From assembly GCA_963733195.1 (NCBI GenBank), contig CAVTCR010000059.1, forward strand, positions 128,001 through 192,000: a stretch of DNA of 64,000 bases, in the 5' to 3' direction. A program made the translations under genes and the position numbers. Below the pieces are notes generated by a model that saw only the letters and a program-made list of their open reading frames with translations, had not been told where the DNA came from and did not search any database. This stretch comes from an uncultured delta proteobacterium (GTDB lineage: Bacteria; Desulfobacterota; Binatia; Bin18). Positions 1-9,270 of the stretch are shown here, one piece after another (position 1 is the stretch's first letter; every line of letters begins with the position of its first letter).

Positions 1-86
1 AAATCCTACGACGTTTCTGGGATAGGGGCCTGGACAACACGGCTAGCCTGCCCCCTCCGTAGGGGGGCTTACTACCAGTGGCACCA

Positions 87-110
87 GAAAACTCATCGGG
101 CTATGAGTTT
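87..110 (-). terminator. Hairpin downstream of thiolase gene, probable intrinsic terminator
   Basis: AAAACTCAT-cgggct-ATGAGTTTT inverted repeat about 25 nt past the thiolase stop. Confidence 0.5.
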
Positions 111-132
111 TAAATATAAGAGAAATGCCGAA

Positions 133-1299
133 CTACGCCTTTGGCGCATTCGCGAGAATCATCGTCGCTGCCGCGCTGAAGATTCCACCTGGGCCGTGAC
201 ACAACGCGATCTCGGTATCTTTCACCTGTCGTTCTCCACATTCGCCACGAACTTGCCGTACGGCTTCGATAATTGTGAACATGCCGTACATTCCTGTGTG
301 AGTGTACGAAAGACCACCACCGTTAGTGTTCATGGGAAAATCACCGCCTGGCGCTGTGCGTTGTCCGGACACGAATGCACCACCTTCGCCTTTCTTGCAG
401 AAGCCCAAGTCTTCGAGTGCGAGTATTGGCACAATCGTGAATGCGTCGTAGAGCATCGCTACATCGATATCTTTGGGGGTGACACCAGCCATCGCAAAGG
501 CTTGCGGACCAGAAATCTGTGCACCAGTCGCGGCGGTAAAGTCGGGCATCTGATTGACCCAGCAATGACCGGTGCCTTCGCCGGTACCAAGAATATAGAC
601 GGGATTCTTTTTGAGATTCTTGGCCCGCTCAGCTGAGGTAATCACCGCCGCGCCACCGGCGTCGGTGACAAGACAACAATCCAGTACATGAAACGGCCAG
701 GCGATGATCGGCGATTTCATCACATCGGCGACTGAGAGTTCACCGCGTTGATTGGCTTTCGGATTTAACCGTGCCCATGCTCGTGTTGCCACCGCGACCT
801 CAGCCAGTTGTTCTTGGGTTGTGCCATACTCGTGCATATGGCGAGTGGCAATGAATCCATACGCGGTGAAAGGAAAAACGATGCCGTAGGGAACTTCAAA
901 CTGCCATAGCAGTGAATCTTTGGGCGAATTAGTGGTTGGCATTGCCAGCCGCGACCGGCCAGATTCGCCATGAGTGATCAGAGCCACTTCGCATAATCCG
1001 GCATTGATTGCTGCCATCGCGTGTTGACAGTGCTGAATAAACGAACAGCCACCGACACTTGTGCCATCAATGTAGCGTGGACGAATGCCGAGATATTCAG
1101 CCGTTTCAGTAGAAAACATGCGCCCCGCGCTGAAAACCGCATCAACGTCATTCTTGGTGAGGCCAGCATCGGCGATGGCATTGCGTGCCGCTTCGGCATG
1201 GAGTTGTAAGGCTGATTTATTGGGCACCGTACCCATCTCGTCGGACTCGGCCACCCCGACGATGGCGAATTTGCCGGAAAGGTCTTTGAAATTGGTCAT
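133..1299 (-). CDS. Thiolase-superfamily protein (SCP2/Ltp-type)
   Basis: 388 aa; AIVGVAES, GGCSF, CCLVTDAGGA, LYDAFT, NTNGGGLSYTH motifs; downstream of a DUF35 gene. Confidence 0.9.
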   Translation of the reverse strand: MTNFKDLSGKFAIVGVAESDEMGTVPNKSALQLHAEAARNAIADAGLTKNDVDAVFSAGRMFSTETAEYLGIRPRYIDGTSVGGCSFIQHCQHAMAAINAGLCEVALITHGESGRSRLAMPTTNSPKDSLLWQFEVPYGIVFPFTAYGFIATRHMHEYGTTQEQLAEVAVATRAWARLNPKANQRGELSVADVMKSPIIAWPFHVLDCCLVTDAGGAAVITSAERAKNLKKNPVYILGTGEGTGHCWVNQMPDFTAATGAQISGPQAFAMAGVTPKDIDVAMLYDAFTIVPILALEDLGFCKKGEGGAFVSGQRTAPGGDFPMNTNGGGLSYTHTGMYGMFTIIEAVRQVRGECGERQVKDTEIALCHGPGGIFSAAATMILANAPKA

Positions 1300-1426
1300 G
1301 GATTATATCCTTCCATAGTGGATTAGATGCGATCATGAATCGAAACGTACTGCGTATTGCGTGGTACGTTTTGCGAAATTGAAGCAGTTCTCTTTTTTTC
1401 ACGTAACATGCACCACGTTTCACGTA

Positions 1427-1849
1427 TCACTGCTTCGCCGTCGGTCGAAACTTTGGCAATGCAATCGTGTCAGTTAAATCTTCAAACACGACTTCTACTT
1501 CCATATCGCAGCGCAGGTTCTTCGGGTCAGGATCAACGCCAACAATGTTTGTCGCAATGCGCGGTCCTTCAGCGAGTTCAACGATCGCCGTGATGAACGG
1601 ACCAGGAATACCCATGATTGAGCGTTGTGGAATCGCAAAGGTGTGAAGTTTACCTTTGCCGCTGGCTTTGATCCATTCGAGATCGTTTGACCAGCAATGC
1701 GGGCAAATGCCGCGTGGATAAAAGTGACACTTGCCGCAACTTTTGCACTGCGGCAGCATCAGTTCGTGACGTTTCGCCCCTTCCCAAAACGGTTTGGTTT
1801 CGGGTGTCGGAGTCGGGGCGAGGTGTGCAAATTTCCCGGGTTCAGCCAT
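1427..1849 (-). CDS. Zn-ribbon/OB-fold protein (DUF35 family)
   Basis: 140 aa; FWEG, CxxC..CPxC, then OB-fold (IVELAEGPRI); GGAGG RBS. Confidence 0.9.
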   Translation of the reverse strand: MAEPGKFAHLAPTPTPETKPFWEGAKRHELMLPQCKSCGKCHFYPRGICPHCWSNDLEWIKASGKGKLHTFAIPQRSIMGIPGPFITAIVELAEGPRIATNIVGVDPDPKNLRCDMEVEVVFEDLTDTIALPKFRPTAKQ

Positions 1850-2053
1850 ACGGTCCCTCCTGCAAATGAATTAAGAATGAAGAGTTAAGAGTGAAGAATT
1901 CTGGATCTGGAAACTGTCTGTTTACCGTCCTTCATTGCGCGTACCTTTTCACTTAGTTAGAGGAGCGTGTCAATGGACTACGAGACGGTGATTCACGAGC
2001 TGGTCGAGGAGCGGCGAGAAGAGAAAAACGCCTTGCGTGAGTAACTTAGACAA

Positions 2054-2071
2054 TGTACGTTTGAGTGTACA
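2054..2071 (+). promoter_or_regulatory. Palindromic operator upstream of TA operon
   Basis: TGTAC-N8-GTACA just before the antitoxin RBS; TGTACA-like cores are typical of YefM/Phd autorepression. Confidence 0.5.
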
Positions 2072-2082
2072 AAGAGGAAGCT

Positions 2083-2391
2083 ATGGACCGCTATCTTACT
2101 GCCAGTCAAGCCCGTCACGAGTTTCTTGCATTGGTCGATGCTGCCCAACAGGGAGAACGGGTCATCGTGACCAAACGAGGAGTGCCTGCTGCCGCGGTGG
2201 TTGGGTTTGAAGAACTGGAAACCCTTCGCGCTCTTGCTCGACTGTGGCAAGATCCGTCTGCATTGGTGGCGATGCGTCGTTCCCTTGACGAAGCTCGGCA
2301 AGGGAAGATGATCACCGTAAAGGGGCCGTTGTCCGTTAAGCAACTCGCTGCGCTTGGTCGGCGTCAGACCCGAGCACGTCGCCGTGGCTGA
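2083..2391 (+). CDS. Phd/YefM family antitoxin
   Basis: YLTASQARHEFLALVD..ERVIVTKRGVPAA; ATG 2083 after GAGGA. Confidence 0.85.
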   Translation: MDRYLTASQARHEFLALVDAAQQGERVIVTKRGVPAAAVVGFEELETLRALARLWQDPSALVAMRRSLDEARQGKMITVKGPLSVKQLAALGRRQTRARRRG

Positions 2392-2644
2392 CTTCCGTTT
2401 TGCGCCAAACTGTTTAGCTGAGATCACGCAGATCGAAGCGACCTGCTCCCCACACGAGGCAACCTTGCTTGATGAAGCACTGGCTCAGATCGCTACTGAC
2501 CCTGCCTTACCAGGGCGTTTTCCCTCGTTTTATGATCCGACAAAACCGTCATTCTTGCATCGTGCCGATCCATTTATGATCCATTTTCGCGTCGGCGAGG
2601 ATGGTGTCGTCGAGTTCCTCAATATCTTTTGGCGACGAGTGTGA
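2384..2644 (+). CDS. Putative RelE/ParE-like toxin
   Basis: About 86 aa overlapping the antitoxin stop; RelE-like layout ending MIHFRV..VEFLNIFWRR. Confidence 0.55.
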   Translation: MADFRFAPNCLAEITQIEATCSPHEATLLDEALAQIATDPALPGRFPSFYDPTKPSFLHRADPFMIHFRVGEDGVVEFLNIFWRRV

Positions 2645-2645
2645 A

Positions 2646-3536
2646 ATGCGTGCCTTTACCTCTGCTCGTTATACGATATCGCTCGGGCATCACTCGTATC
2701 CAATGGACAAGTATCGCCTGGTGGCGGAACGCTTGGTAAGTGACCGGACGCTATCGCCAGAGGAATTAGCCGAACCTGAAGCCGTACCGCTCGATGATGT
2801 GTTACGGGTGCATACGTCTGAATATGTTCATGCCTTCATTAACGGCAAGCTCGAACGGAAAGCACAACTTCGTCTTGGGCTGCCCTGGTCACCTGAGCTG
2901 GTCCGGCGTGCCTTCGCGGTACTTGGTGGCACGTACGGGGCTGCACGCACAGCGCTAGAAGACGGTGTCGCAGCGAACCTCGCAGGAGGGACACACCACG
3001 CTTTTGCCGATCATGGCGAAGGATACTGTATCTTCAACGATCATGTGATCGTGCTGCGGCGACTGCGAGCAGAAATCTTAGCGCAGCGTTTCCTGATTGT
3101 TGATCTCGACGTGCATCAGGGCAATGGTACAGCCGCACTCTGCCAGGATGATGTTGATGTATTTACCTTCTCGATGCACAGCGAAACCAATTATCCTGCA
3201 CGCAAAGAACGCAGCTCTTGGGATATCGGACTTGCTGATGGCACGACTGATGAGCAATATCTCGACGTTCTTGCACGTGCCTTGCCGCAAATCCTGGAAC
3301 GTTTCACCCCGGATCTTATTCTGTATCAGGCTGGAGTTGATGTGCTTGCTGGGGACCGTTTCGGTAAGCTCGCGCTGACGCTAGCTGGGATTGGCGAACG
3401 CGATCGCTTGGTCTCCGAATTTGCTCACTGTGCTGGGATTCCACTCGTTGTGACACTCGGCGGCGGTTATGCGCGTGACATCAATCGGATAGTCGAAGCA
3501 CACTGCCAAACTGTGCGAATAGCGCAGGGAACGTGA
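2646..3536 (+). CDS. Histone deacetylase family protein
   Basis: HSYPMDKY, GGTHHA, GYCIFND, DLDVHQGNGT, QAGVD, GGGY motifs. Confidence 0.93.
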   Translation: MRAFTSARYTISLGHHSYPMDKYRLVAERLVSDRTLSPEELAEPEAVPLDDVLRVHTSEYVHAFINGKLERKAQLRLGLPWSPELVRRAFAVLGGTYGAARTALEDGVAANLAGGTHHAFADHGEGYCIFNDHVIVLRRLRAEILAQRFLIVDLDVHQGNGTAALCQDDVDVFTFSMHSETNYPARKERSSWDIGLADGTTDEQYLDVLARALPQILERFTPDLILYQAGVDVLAGDRFGKLALTLAGIGERDRLVSEFAHCAGIPLVVTLGGGYARDINRIVEAHCQTVRIAQGT

Positions 3537-3562
3537 AGAAGCTATTGGGGGAAGGGAGCAGC

Positions 3563-5032
3563 TTATGTTGCCTCTACCTTTGGCAGTTCTTCTCCGAGCG
3601 CAAGACGAGTAAGAAACGCACGGAGTTCGTTGTCCGATAATCCCTGTGGGGTAGAGGTGGCAAAGAAGAGTGATATTTGTTGGGCCTCTGAGGAGAGACC
3701 AGCGAGTCGCTCTTGGGCACGCGCGCGCACCAGTGGGCCAATCAAACGAGACAACTCAGATGTGAAGCGTGCGGCGAGCAAGAGTCCTTCGCCCGCGCTT
3801 TGGATCTGGGCGAGCGCTTGCCGGTACACCGTCACCATCCCAGCGTGAAGAGAGATAGTATTTCCAGCTTGTGACCATAACTCATTGTGCATCGATTCCC
3901 ATTCAAGCGTGAGCTCGTCCATGACCGGCCACAGTGCTGGACGTAACATCGATGCGCTTTCTGAGGCAATAAGACGAACTAACAGTGCCTTCCAGTCATC
4001 TGAGAGTTGGATGGGACCGCGAAGGATCTGGTGAACCTGGATCGGTGGTCGTTCACATAGCTCACCCTGCACATCGAGAATGAGATGGTCTTCGATCGCC
4101 TGTCCGAGTATCGCTAAACCCGCCACGTAGCGAGGGCGTTCTTCGACGGTGCGATCCGTCCGAATAGCGTAAGCGTTCGTGGTCAGTTCGGGGCAATAAT
4201 ACACTCGACCATGATCATAAATCTTTTCGACACCATTGCGGAGCTGCACGCAGGTCTGTGTTGACGGGAAAAAGCGTTCATATGGAAGCGGTTCCCAATC
4301 AACGGGAACTTCTTTCATCGTGAGATTAAGGGCTGTTTCTTCTACCCCCTGAGCAAATCGCTCACGCATCACACCGGGTTCCCCACGATAACGGAAGGAT
4401 TCACTTAATGTGGTAAAGAGTCGTTCGGTGGGATACGGACCGCGATAGCGCAAAACTGATTTACCTTGGTCATAGGCGAGCAAGGCCAGCACGTTGAGGA
4501 GTGTTGAGCCTGCTCCTAGAGGAAGGCGGACTGGGTCATCCAAAGGGGGCAGTGCATCGAGGTCTTCGTAGGCAACGGAACGAAAGAGCGTCAGCGGGTG
4601 AGCAACCGTGAAACCTGTTTCTCCTTCCAGAAGGGACACGCTATCTGACATGCCCCAACCCAGGTGCGACGCTGCACCACGCTCAACACCGAGAAACCGG
4701 CCATCAAGTCCACGCGCTTTGAACCGCATCAGATTGCCCGTGCTATCTCGGTAGAGCAGTAAAAGTAATCGACCACGTCGATCAAACGTTGCGAGACGAT
4801 GAGGCATTGACTGTGACTGAGATGGTGGCAGGAAAAACGTGAGCGACCCATGAGGAGACCTCTCGGCCACACGATGATTGTCAACAGTAAAGACTTCGCC
4901 TTCTTGTTGCGTGGTACGTATTGCATGAGCGAGCGCTGAGCTGAGTGTAGCGATCAGGTCAGCAGGAAGACTTTCAGCCACCAAAGTATTGAGTACGGAA
5001 GAGAATATATCGGGAGAGAAGCTGTCTGTCAT
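3563..5032 (-). CDS. Hypothetical protein with possible GNAT-like motif
   Basis: 489 aa ORF; its start overlaps the helicase stop (ATGA); contains GAGSTLLNVLALLAYDQG. Confidence 0.7.
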   Translation of the reverse strand: MTDSFSPDIFSSVLNTLVAESLPADLIATLSSALAHAIRTTQQEGEVFTVDNHRVAERSPHGSLTFFLPPSQSQSMPHRLATFDRRGRLLLLLYRDSTGNLMRFKARGLDGRFLGVERGAASHLGWGMSDSVSLLEGETGFTVAHPLTLFRSVAYEDLDALPPLDDPVRLPLGAGSTLLNVLALLAYDQGKSVLRYRGPYPTERLFTTLSESFRYRGEPGVMRERFAQGVEETALNLTMKEVPVDWEPLPYERFFPSTQTCVQLRNGVEKIYDHGRVYYCPELTTNAYAIRTDRTVEERPRYVAGLAILGQAIEDHLILDVQGELCERPPIQVHQILRGPIQLSDDWKALLVRLIASESASMLRPALWPVMDELTLEWESMHNELWSQAGNTISLHAGMVTVYRQALAQIQSAGEGLLLAARFTSELSRLIGPLVRARAQERLAGLSSEAQQISLFFATSTPQGLSDNELRAFLTRLALGEELPKVEAT

Positions 5033-7278
5033 ATGTTTTCCACCGATCTCCGATCCCCGATCTCCGACCCCTGACCCCTGTCTTGTTTCACCGCCGCAAT
5101 CTGCTCTGCTGATAAGTATCGTGCAAGCACCTCAGGTGACGCCTCTCGTAACGCGGCGACAGAGTCAAAGCCTGCGGCAACCAATGCGCGAATCTCTTCT
5201 CGGCCTATCCCTGGCAAGTTCGCTCGCGCCAACGTTAACCCTTCAGTGTCAACACCAAAACGAACACGTTCGGCAAGATTGCTAATTTGCTGCGTGGGGG
5301 ACCACCCCATGACATCGGCAACTTCAGCAGCGGCCTCGGCTAACCAACTGACTTCTTCGGTTTGTGCTTTGATGGTTCCGGCGTAACATTGATAGCCACT
5401 CTCCAAACCAGATAAATCCTGCCCCTTAATCCAACCCATCAGTAACAACGAGAGCTTGGCTGAGCGCACTTCCTGTGCGGTGGGTAGCATTTTGGCATGA
5501 AGCACGTGTTTTAAGTCGTCGCCAAATTCACCGTTTTGGTCCTGCGCCCACTCGTTCAGTTTACTTTCATACACACGCCCGCGATGCTCAGCGGTTGACA
5601 GTGGGAGATGCATACGTTTGCCATCTTCGGTCAGGCTTAGGAGATGAAGCAGTTCGAGGTCAGCAATCTGGCGACCTCGCGACGCCTCGAAAAAGCGAGC
5701 GAGTTTTACCGCAGTGGTTGCACGAATGCCTTTACGAGCCGCCGCTTCCCCTAATGTTGTGGCCTCAAGTTGGCCAGTATCGTGGATAGTCACGAGCTGT
5801 GCTTTGACGAGTGCTTCGAGCGCTTTTTCTGTCTCAGCAGTGAATGCTGCTTTTTGATTGCGTTGCTGAAAGCCAAGGTAGGTTAACAAGAAGAATTCGC
5901 GCAGTTCGTCTTTGCTGGTACAGACCTTTGACGCGATGACATTAAGAACACGATCGGCGAATCCTTCCTGTCCTGGTGCAGGAGCAAACTGTTCCTGCTC
6001 GCCGATGACATAGCCACGCCAGAGTAAGTCGGCTTGGAACTGATTGGTGGCGATCAGAATCGATCGCCCAAACTCTTCACGGAACCCTAACCGTCCAGCG
6101 CGACCAGAGATGTTTTCGTATTCCGCCCAGGAGAGTGGGACCTCAATGGCTGCCCCCGTCCGTCGGTCGCTATCCCATTTGACCGCTTCGAGAAAGACGG
6201 TTGAGGCGGGAAGATTAACGCCAAACGCTAAAGTCGAGGTACAGGCGATGGCACGTAACTGACCGTTGCGATAATGGGTTTCAACCAGCGAACGTTCTTC
6301 AGGGGTCAGGTCTGCGTGATGGAACGCTACGCCGCCAGCGAAGGCGGTACGCAGTTGGACTTTCAACGCGGTTTCTTCCAATGTATCGAGTGCAGCCAAT
6401 GCTTCTTGTGCAGGCGGGAGTTTAGCATGCTCGGCTAAGGCGAGTGCGCATTGAACTGCGTCACGTCTCCCCTTGAGAAAAATTAAGACCTGCTCGCCTT
6501 TGTCGAGGATGTGCTTGACATTGGCGAACAGAATGTCGCGAGGATCTTCAGAATCGACGGTTGCGAGTTGTTCTTCACCCTCTTCGCCGGAATTGTAGGT
6601 CTTGTAACGAAAGCGATCACCAAGCAAGACTCCGCGATACAGCTCGACTGGGCGCTCGTCTTGAAACAATAAATCTGCTTCTAGCCAATCTGCGACCTGC
6701 TGTGCTTCGCGCAGTACCGCGGAGAGTCCGAGCACCTGCGGTCGAGGAGTTGAGCTGAGCAATTTCGCCAAGGACAGTTCCAATCCCGGACCTCGCTCCG
6801 GATCACCCAGCATTTGTAATTCATCGACTACGACGAGGGCAACCGTACGGAGGAGGTGCGGGTGTCTCACTAATAGTTGGGAGAGTTTTTCGTAGACAAG
6901 GACTGCGAGGTGAAAATCTCCCTGCTCAATGTCACGGTCAAACTCACGACGGTCACGGGTGGCAACGACGACCTTCACACCATATGCGCCGTAGCGTGTT
7001 TGGAACGTCCGGTACTTTTCTTCAGCGAGAGCACGAAGAGGGGTGAGATAGAGGACTCGTTTGCCAGCGAACGTTGCCCGCATAGCCGCCATCTCTCCGA
7101 CAAATGTTTTGCCAGAAGACGTAGGAGAAGAGATCACCAAACTGCGACCTTCAAACAGATCATAGCGTTGGACTGCGGCTTCTTGCACCGGCAAGAGAAA
7201 CTCGCCTTGCTGTTGCTCCCAGATTTGTAACAGGGTGTCTGGCAGGCCGTATTTCCGTAGATCACGAATGCGTCGCAT
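5029..7278 (-). CDS. Ski2/Hel308-like SF2 DExH helicase
   Basis: 749 aa; Q-motif LLPVQ, SPTSSGKT, PLRALAEEK, DELQ, LSAV, FHHA, TSTLAFGVNLPA, SGRAGR; C-terminal WH/HhH region. Confidence 0.9.
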   Translation of the reverse strand: MRRIRDLRKYGLPDTLLQIWEQQQGEFLLPVQEAAVQRYDLFEGRSLVISSPTSSGKTFVGEMAAMRATFAGKRVLYLTPLRALAEEKYRTFQTRYGAYGVKVVVATRDRREFDRDIEQGDFHLAVLVYEKLSQLLVRHPHLLRTVALVVVDELQMLGDPERGPGLELSLAKLLSSTPRPQVLGLSAVLREAQQVADWLEADLLFQDERPVELYRGVLLGDRFRYKTYNSGEEGEEQLATVDSEDPRDILFANVKHILDKGEQVLIFLKGRRDAVQCALALAEHAKLPPAQEALAALDTLEETALKVQLRTAFAGGVAFHHADLTPEERSLVETHYRNGQLRAIACTSTLAFGVNLPASTVFLEAVKWDSDRRTGAAIEVPLSWAEYENISGRAGRLGFREEFGRSILIATNQFQADLLWRGYVIGEQEQFAPAPGQEGFADRVLNVIASKVCTSKDELREFFLLTYLGFQQRNQKAAFTAETEKALEALVKAQLVTIHDTGQLEATTLGEAAARKGIRATTAVKLARFFEASRGRQIADLELLHLLSLTEDGKRMHLPLSTAEHRGRVYESKLNEWAQDQNGEFGDDLKHVLHAKMLPTAQEVRSAKLSLLLMGWIKGQDLSGLESGYQCYAGTIKAQTEEVSWLAEAAAEVADVMGWSPTQQISNLAERVRFGVDTEGLTLARANLPGIGREEIRALVAAGFDSVAALREASPEVLARYLSAEQIAAVKQDRGQGSEIGDRRSVENI
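5043..5079. repeat. Heptamer tandem repeat (CCGATCY)n in helicase 3' end
   Basis: ccgatct ccgatcc ccgatct ccgaccc ctgaccc. Confidence 0.75.
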
Positions 7279-7488
7279 GACATCCTCTTTTCTCGCGTCA
7301 TCGTACCAAGAGGGCTCCTAAGAGGAAAGCAGTGGCGTGAACTCGTCCTGGTGCAATCCGTGCAACCTTTTGCTGCGCTCCGTGTTTCTGTCAACAGGCG
7401 CCGAATTCAAGAAGGTCTAAAGAGAATAAATCTTTTAATCTCCAACGACCCTACGATCGCTGGAGAACCGTGTAAAGGAGAGAAGAAG

Positions 7489-7563
7489 ATGAAACGCTCA
7501 ATGATTGTTGCTGCAGCCGCTCTGTTCTTGGCAGGTGCCGCTTACCCGATCCTTGCTCTTTAA
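7489..7563 (+). CDS. Putative 24-aa small hydrophobic peptide
   Basis: AAAGGAGAG RBS; MKRSMIVAAAALFLAGAAYPILAL*; followed by a terminator. Confidence 0.5.
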   Translation: MKRSMIVAAAALFLAGAAYPILAL

Positions 7564-7584
7564 CTTCTCCTATCCCTCCCCGTG

Positions 7585-7618
7585 GGGCAGGTTGCATGTG
7601 CGACCTGCCCTCTTTTTT
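7585..7618 (+). terminator. Intrinsic terminator
   Basis: GGGCAGGTTGCA-tg-TGCGACCTGCCC followed by TCTTTTTT. Confidence 0.75.
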
Positions 7619-7657
7619 CCTCTATCCCCATAGTGATTTGCTCAGTATAGTATCAGT

Positions 7658-8518
7658 ATGGTGCGTACGCGTCGTTTCTCAACCCTTCTTATCCTCGCTG
7701 TTTGTGTTGTGTTGATTAGTGAGGGTGCACTGGCCGCAAGCCAGCCAGTGCGTCGCCAGCCGGTAAAGAGGAAAGTTCCACAGAAAGCTACTCCTGTCCA
7801 ACCGAAGCCAGCTGCACCCCCTTCGATCTTCGCGCAAGGAGAAACGCTGAGATTCTTTGCGACCTTTAATCAACTTGATGCTGGTGGAGGGGAGATACAA
7901 TTGCGTAAAGAGCGTCAGGCTGACGGTCGTGACGTTTTCCGCTTTACCGGAAAAGCGCGCACAAGCGAGTGGGTAGACTTGTTGTATAAGAGACGAGACA
8001 ATGCCGATGCGACCTTTGGCATAAGTGACTATTCGCCACTCTCTTTTCTTCTGCTATCGCGCGAGAACGACCGTCGACGCGAGTACGGCGTACAGTATGA
8101 CCCCCAGAAGAAGACACTAGTCGGCAGTGTAAAGAGAAAGAATCGCGTACGCGAACAATCACTTCCGGCTGGTAATGTTTATGATCCAGTGTCTGCGTTC
8201 TATCTGTTACGAAGCCGTAATCTGGCTCTCGGAACATCGATCCAAGAAAAAGTCTTCACTGGTCGAGGACACTATCGGTTTGTTGCGCAAGTGCTTGAGA
8301 AAGAGACAATAGAAGTAGACGGGAAGAAACGCCCCGCACTCCGTCTTCATCTTGAAGTGTATTCGCTCGAAAAAGACATGCACGAGAACATTCTGCCACA
8401 AGAAACAACGCTGTGGGTTTCTGCCGATCCTGCACACATTCCGCTCAAATTAGAGAGTGGAACGATGTGGGGATGGATTGTCGTCGAACTCGATAAAAGA
8501 TCGCTGGCACAGGAGTGA
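7658..8518 (+). CDS. DUF3108-like exported protein
   Basis: Signal peptide; GETLRF, YDPVSAFY, WVSADPAHIPLK motifs. Confidence 0.75.
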   Translation: MVRTRRFSTLLILAVCVVLISEGALAASQPVRRQPVKRKVPQKATPVQPKPAAPPSIFAQGETLRFFATFNQLDAGGGEIQLRKERQADGRDVFRFTGKARTSEWVDLLYKRRDNADATFGISDYSPLSFLLLSRENDRRREYGVQYDPQKKTLVGSVKRKNRVREQSLPAGNVYDPVSAFYLLRSRNLALGTSIQEKVFTGRGHYRFVAQVLEKETIEVDGKKRPALRLHLEVYSLEKDMHENILPQETTLWVSADPAHIPLKLESGTMWGWIVVELDKRSLAQE

Positions 8519-8535
8519 CGGCTTCGTCTCTTTCT

Positions 8536-9153
8536 TTATGAGGCAATCCGCCCGCCGAGTCCGACTATAAAAACACGTACAAGTGCTTCGAGCTGACGAC
8601 GAAATGCTGGAAGTGTGGGGGCCGTTGTTCCATAGGTTCCGATACCGGAAGCACTTCGTGTGAGCAGCTCTGCGGCTGCCTCCGGTTCCAATCCGACCCG
8701 GGTAAGATGAAGCTCCCCTCTTTTCTCAGCTTCGGCAATCGCACCGGCTAACATCCGTTGGTAGCGTCGATCTGCTTGGATGAAAAGATCGGTGCAGAGT
8801 TGGTTCTTCGCGTCAAGAATTTCTCGCACATGGGCAGAGCGATGCAGCAGCTCGAAGAAATAGCCAAACTTGGCGTTGAGCATGCCGTGTACCTGTTCTG
8901 CGACCGATGTGGAAGCCACTTGTGCAGTCTCGACCGCAGTGAGCATTTGGTCGATTAGCTGCTGGGATAACGCACGAAAGATTTCTTCTTTGCTTTTGAA
9001 GTACAAGTACACGGTTCCTTTGGCGATCCCTGCCTCTTGGGCAATATCGTCGATGGAGGTGCGACGGTAGCCGTAGTGTCCGAACAAGGAAAAGGCGGCA
9101 GTAAGAATCGCTTCGTGTTTATCCTTGGTATTGGATATTTCGCGAGGAGGCAT
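8536..9153 (-). CDS. TetR/AcrR family regulator
   Basis: AILTAAFSLF..GYRRTSIDDIAQEAGIAKGTVYLYFKSKEE HTH. Confidence 0.93.
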   Translation of the reverse strand: MPPREISNTKDKHEAILTAAFSLFGHYGYRRTSIDDIAQEAGIAKGTVYLYFKSKEEIFRALSQQLIDQMLTAVETAQVASTSVAEQVHGMLNAKFGYFFELLHRSAHVREILDAKNQLCTDLFIQADRRYQRMLAGAIAEAEKRGELHLTRVGLEPEAAAELLTRSASGIGTYGTTAPTLPAFRRQLEALVRVFIVGLGGRIAS

Positions 9154-9184
9154 GGGGATCCTTTAGAGATGACTGAATGACTAA

Positions 9185-9212
9185 TTGACTAAATACGGTC
9201 ATAATGTACAAT
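9185..9212 (+). promoter_or_regulatory. Sigma70-like promoter of P450 overlapped by a palindromic operator
   Basis: TTGACT-N16-TACAAT; TGAC-N8-GTCA palindrome at 9186-9201; extra TGACT repeats upstream. Confidence 0.55.
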
Positions 9213-9270
9213 CGAACACAGAAGAGCGCAACGCTCCCGATACTTCTCGTTCAGGTATGGAGGAATTGCT

